A stretch of 64,000 nucleotides of DNA, from contig NMRA01000026.1 in NCBI GenBank assembly GCA_002633005.1, positions 614,434 through 678,433 of the forward strand, written 5' to 3'. The notes under the pieces are model-generated. The model was given only the letters and a program-made list of their open reading frames with translations, had not been told where the DNA came from and ran no database searches. Below, piece by piece: positions 60,619 through 64,000 of the stretch (within the stretch, counting starts at the first letter, position 1; every line of letters begins with the position of its first letter). The position numbers and the translations under genes are program-made. The DNA is from Phoronis australis. Its lineage: Eukaryota; Animalia; Phoronida.

Positions 60619-62494
60619 GTAATGATACACATCACTGACTCAAAATAGAAGCTGTACCAGAAAGAATGTGGAAAAAGCTGGTGATGATGGATATGTTCAG
60701 TTTAAAGGGCATGTGAATGGTGTGTGTGTTCCCACCCCCCTCATAATTCCTGAATTTCGGACGGCTAATATTAACTATGTTTAGAATTCGTTACAAATTA
60801 GCTCTGACCTTTGGCTTGAGCAAAAAAATCAAATTTTCACTATCCCAAACTAGAACGTGTTTACCGTTTAGTCATATTTTACTCGTACCATTTTCGAGGT
60901 TACTACGAACAGTTGTTCGAGCTATCTAATTTCCAGCTTGGTTTTGATTTAAGTAAAGTTTAAGTGTTATCGAATAAGAGCAGTGGTTGAGTACTCACCT
61001 AGATTTTTCCTCTGGTGTGAAAGCTCAAATTTCACTGCCAGCTCAAACTCCGTTCAACTGAAAATTCTTGACGTAGGTTGGGATTCAAACGACTGACAAG
61101 TGCAAGTAGGCAGCACCAGTTATAAATCTTGCATATTCTCCTAGGAGTTCAAGGAGACAAAAGCATTTTGAAGTCTTTGTACTAATTCGGTCGATCTCTT
61201 CAGATTAGAACAGAAATACCTACTGAAGCCTCAATGTTGTTACAATGAAGTCCACTGTCGTCACATTAACTGGGTTATCTATTTACATTAGAAACTTGAT
61301 CAGCTTCACGACACCATGTACTTCTTCAACGCAATTTGTGCAAGAATCGCGACCATCATCAATGCTCAAAACTTATCCGAATTCTTTTTCATATGGAGCA
61401 GAGAAATTACTCCATTGACGATGACTTTACTGCTGGCTGAAATAAATTGCATTGTGGTGTACTAAAACTTTTTTTTTCCATTGTGTTAGGCTTCTAAAAT
61501 TGAACTCCTGGTAAGAAGTATTTTCCCCCCAAAGATCCTACCTTAAGATTTATCCAAAAAATGATTTAGTGTTTTCAGTTGAGAGGTGTTCACCTCAACG
61601 AAAACCAGTGGCATCTGGTGTTGACTGAATAAACTAGATATATCAATAATGCTTTTATATATTTACAAGATATTTTTAAAAGCATCTATGAACCGATCTG
61701 TAGTATAAGTCAGAGTGCTGCGGAGCTCTTTCCTCTGATTGACAGACTAGCCTTGGCTTTTTTGAAACAAAACAGTCTTATCATCATCACAGTTCCACGA
61801 ATCTATTTAATGGTTGACCGATTTTAGTCATTAATATTAAGTGAAAAGCTGTAGTCTTTCACAGCTGCTGGTCTAAAGAACAATATTTTACCGTTGAATA
61901 GACTCTACTCAAAAAAGTGTTTATATGGTTTTTCTCCTTTATTTCAAAAATAGAATATGGCCACAAGTTATTCTTTCACGTGTTCCGTAGCAAATTCTTT
62001 ATAAAGGCAAAGTTTGTTAAAACTTGCTCATTACTACAAGTCATCGGATAAAGAACCACTATCACAGCATCAGTTTCAGCCAAAGTAACATTTTTTTGAA
62101 AAGACGCACAAAGGCACGTAAGCAAGGTTTGAAATGTCGTGATTTGCCAAGCGATGAGTAAATTAATTCTACGTCATTGTCGTATTTTTGCTTGTCTCTG
62201 GTGGAGTTTCAGTTTTGAATAGTAAGTGAGCAACTACTCAACTTTTCAAAAACTAGACCACTGAGAACCAAATAGAGGGTATGTCTTTGAAGGCTCACTT
62301 TCACATGACAGAAACATTGAACCACTGCTTCTAAATTACCCATTTGTCATTCTTGTCCTTGGTCGGACTTTTTCTTGAAACCAAATACTTTCATGGTACT
62401 TAGAACAAAAGTTCAATCCACATTTTCCACGAAATTTATTTGAAAACTGCTATCAAAGACCGGTGACTTTTCCATTTCACTTGACTGTTTGTAG

Positions 62495-62663
62495 GATTCA
62501 GCAGCACAGTATAGAGATTGTGGCACCTTTTGTGAAGTACGTCTTTTTTGATCCATCCAACACGTTCTGTCCCCTGAAGTTGCACCTAGTACACGCAGTC
62601 ATGTCTACACCTGTATCGCATGCAGTAGTTGACCTCTTGACGCCACTTATGCCAGGACTTCAG
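62495..62663 (+). CDS. FOCAD: Focadhesin exon (IQQHSIEIVAPFVKYVFFDPSNTFCPLKLHLVHAVMSTPVSHAVVDLLTPLMPGLQ); gene continues beyond the window
   Basis: tgtttgtag| and CAG|gtatgt, 169 nt, phase 2/0. Matches remembered human LEVSCIQIMAPFLWYLYCEPS...DIVPCLQ. Confidence 0.92.
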
Positions 62664-62670
62664 GTATGTT

Positions 62671-62898
62671 TATGGTGAAAAATATGCAATAATAAAAATT
62701 CTACGATTTGCTGTTTCTGGATTTCTCAAAAGCTTTTGACAATGTTAAAAATACTTTTACCAAGTGTTGCTTGATGATGCTTTGTGATATGCTGAAAACA
62801 ATAAAAAAGCTGTTAGTAGGTACTTTTGATGAGAATTTCGACGAAATGAAATTCCACTTTTCCACCATACTGTGTCGTAAAGTGAACAATTTTTACCA
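62671..62898 (-). mobile_element. TA-flanked MITE family copy right after the exon donor
   Basis: gacgaaatgaaattccactt...catactgtgtcgtaaagtgaacaatttttacc parallels 40637-40698. Confidence 0.6.
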
Positions 62899-63808
62899 AA
62901 TGCAAAATGGATGGAATTCACAGAACCTAACTTTATTTGCATAACTGCAGATTTTCAAACAGAGTTTGTGTATTCCAGTTGCAGACTGATACCATTGATA
63001 ATTCTTATCTTGTAATTGAGAATTATAGGTCATACGTTATTTTTCATTAACAGGACTTTCATTTTTTCAATCATGAAAAAAGAAATGAAAATATAAGTTT
63101 TGCCGTCGATAATAATGTGCGTCATTTCAATGGAGGCACGTGTCCTCAGCCGTACAACTTGTGTACAGTGATGTAAAATTGTGCGCATGACTGGTTCAGT
63201 GAAAAATGAACTCTATGCAGATGTGTGTATCTGTGTCGTAAGAATCAATAAAAATGGAACATTATGCAAACAAATGCATGTCAACATGGTCAAAGAAGTG
63301 GAAACTTAAATCAATAAAAATTTAACATGACGCTGGCTGTATCTTCTTCTGTGGTTGTAGTCTGGTGACGTTTACGTCACTATGACCAGTCTCAGGTGCC
63401 AGTTGGTAAAGTCTGGCTGCAGTGGTTGCGGCTATAATCATCAGGACCCAGTTGCATAAAAGTTATACGCCGTATAGCAGCAATGACGTTGCATTATCAC
63501 CCGTCACATTGTTATTGTTGAGCAATGCACCTGACACCATGCAACAATCAAACTCATCCAGTGTATAACTTTTGAAGCTTTATGCAACTCAGCCCAGAAA
63601 ATGGATTGATTCCAGCCAGGATGTGTTTCATGAAGTCAGAGTGGCTTGAGACTCGAGACAGAAATTTGGTCTCTCGCTTGCTCCACATTATTATGTCTGT
63701 AAAACAATTTAAATTTACTTTAACAGAAGAATAGTATCTGAGAATATATCCATGATTATTGAGTAAATTTGCAAATTTTATCCAGGCAGACTGGTATGGT
63801 AATAAAAA

Positions 63809-63881
63809 CATGACTGGTCCATGACTGGTCCATGACTGGTCCATGACTGGTCCATGACTGGTCCATGACTGGTCCATGACT
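63809..63881. repeat. 11-bp minisatellite (catgactggtc) x6.6
   Basis: Directly visible. Confidence 0.98.
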
Positions 63882-64000
63882 ATGCTGTGTATTAGCCTTT
63901 GGCTAAAGCATTTTTATATTGTATTTTATTGTCTATAAATAATTAAAATTTTATAAATTATTATTTTTATTATTAGTATTGTCATTGTTATTATTTATTA

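Noticed and set aside
60990-61420. Possible decayed minus-strand coding remnant
   Set aside because: Multiple stops and no motif I can assign to a family.
62702-62746. Reverse-transcriptase-like motif LFLDFSKAFDNV in ORF 62708-62944
   Set aside because: No other RT motifs flank it, and the DNA aligns with the interior of the TA-flanked MITE family (compare 13640-13690 and 40480-40530). Probably coincidental.
63554-63877. ORF with repeated MDQSWTSHGPV
   Set aside because: Translation of the 11-bp minisatellite.
1-64000. tRNA, rRNA or other structured RNA genes; prokaryotic operons or defence systems
   Set aside because: None recognised by eye; a tRNAscan-SE/Infernal search would be needed to exclude small RNAs formally.

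Overview
AT-rich, intron- and transposon-rich eukaryotic (animal) genomic DNA from a draft assembly with N-gaps. A marine invertebrate such as an echinoderm or hemichordate is my guess from the repeat landscape, not something I can prove. Most ORFs in the supplied track are spurious. The main host gene is the 5' part of a focadhesin (FOCAD/KIAA1797) orthologue on the + strand: four strongly supported exons at 51877-62663 and two probable upstream exons at 27257 and 35063. The gene runs off the right end. The rest is mostly non-autonomous DNA transposons: TTAA-flanked Kolobok-like elements (one nested pair, with THAP and accessory-gene remnants), Helentron/DINE-1-like elements carrying tandem CTCF-consensus motifs, MITEs with 5-bp target duplications, an abundant TA-flanked MITE family, one 5'-truncated LINE, and mini/microsatellites. 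The most notable observations are the CTCF-motif arrays, a frame-preserving candidate cassette exon in FOCAD, an out-of-frame start codon in the first FOCAD coding exon, a palindromic minisatellite with an inverted partner 14.5 kb away, a near-perfect 105-bp fold-back, and a speculative minus-strand spliced gene at 1.9-6.8 kb. Protein comparisons are from memory of the families; no database search was run.
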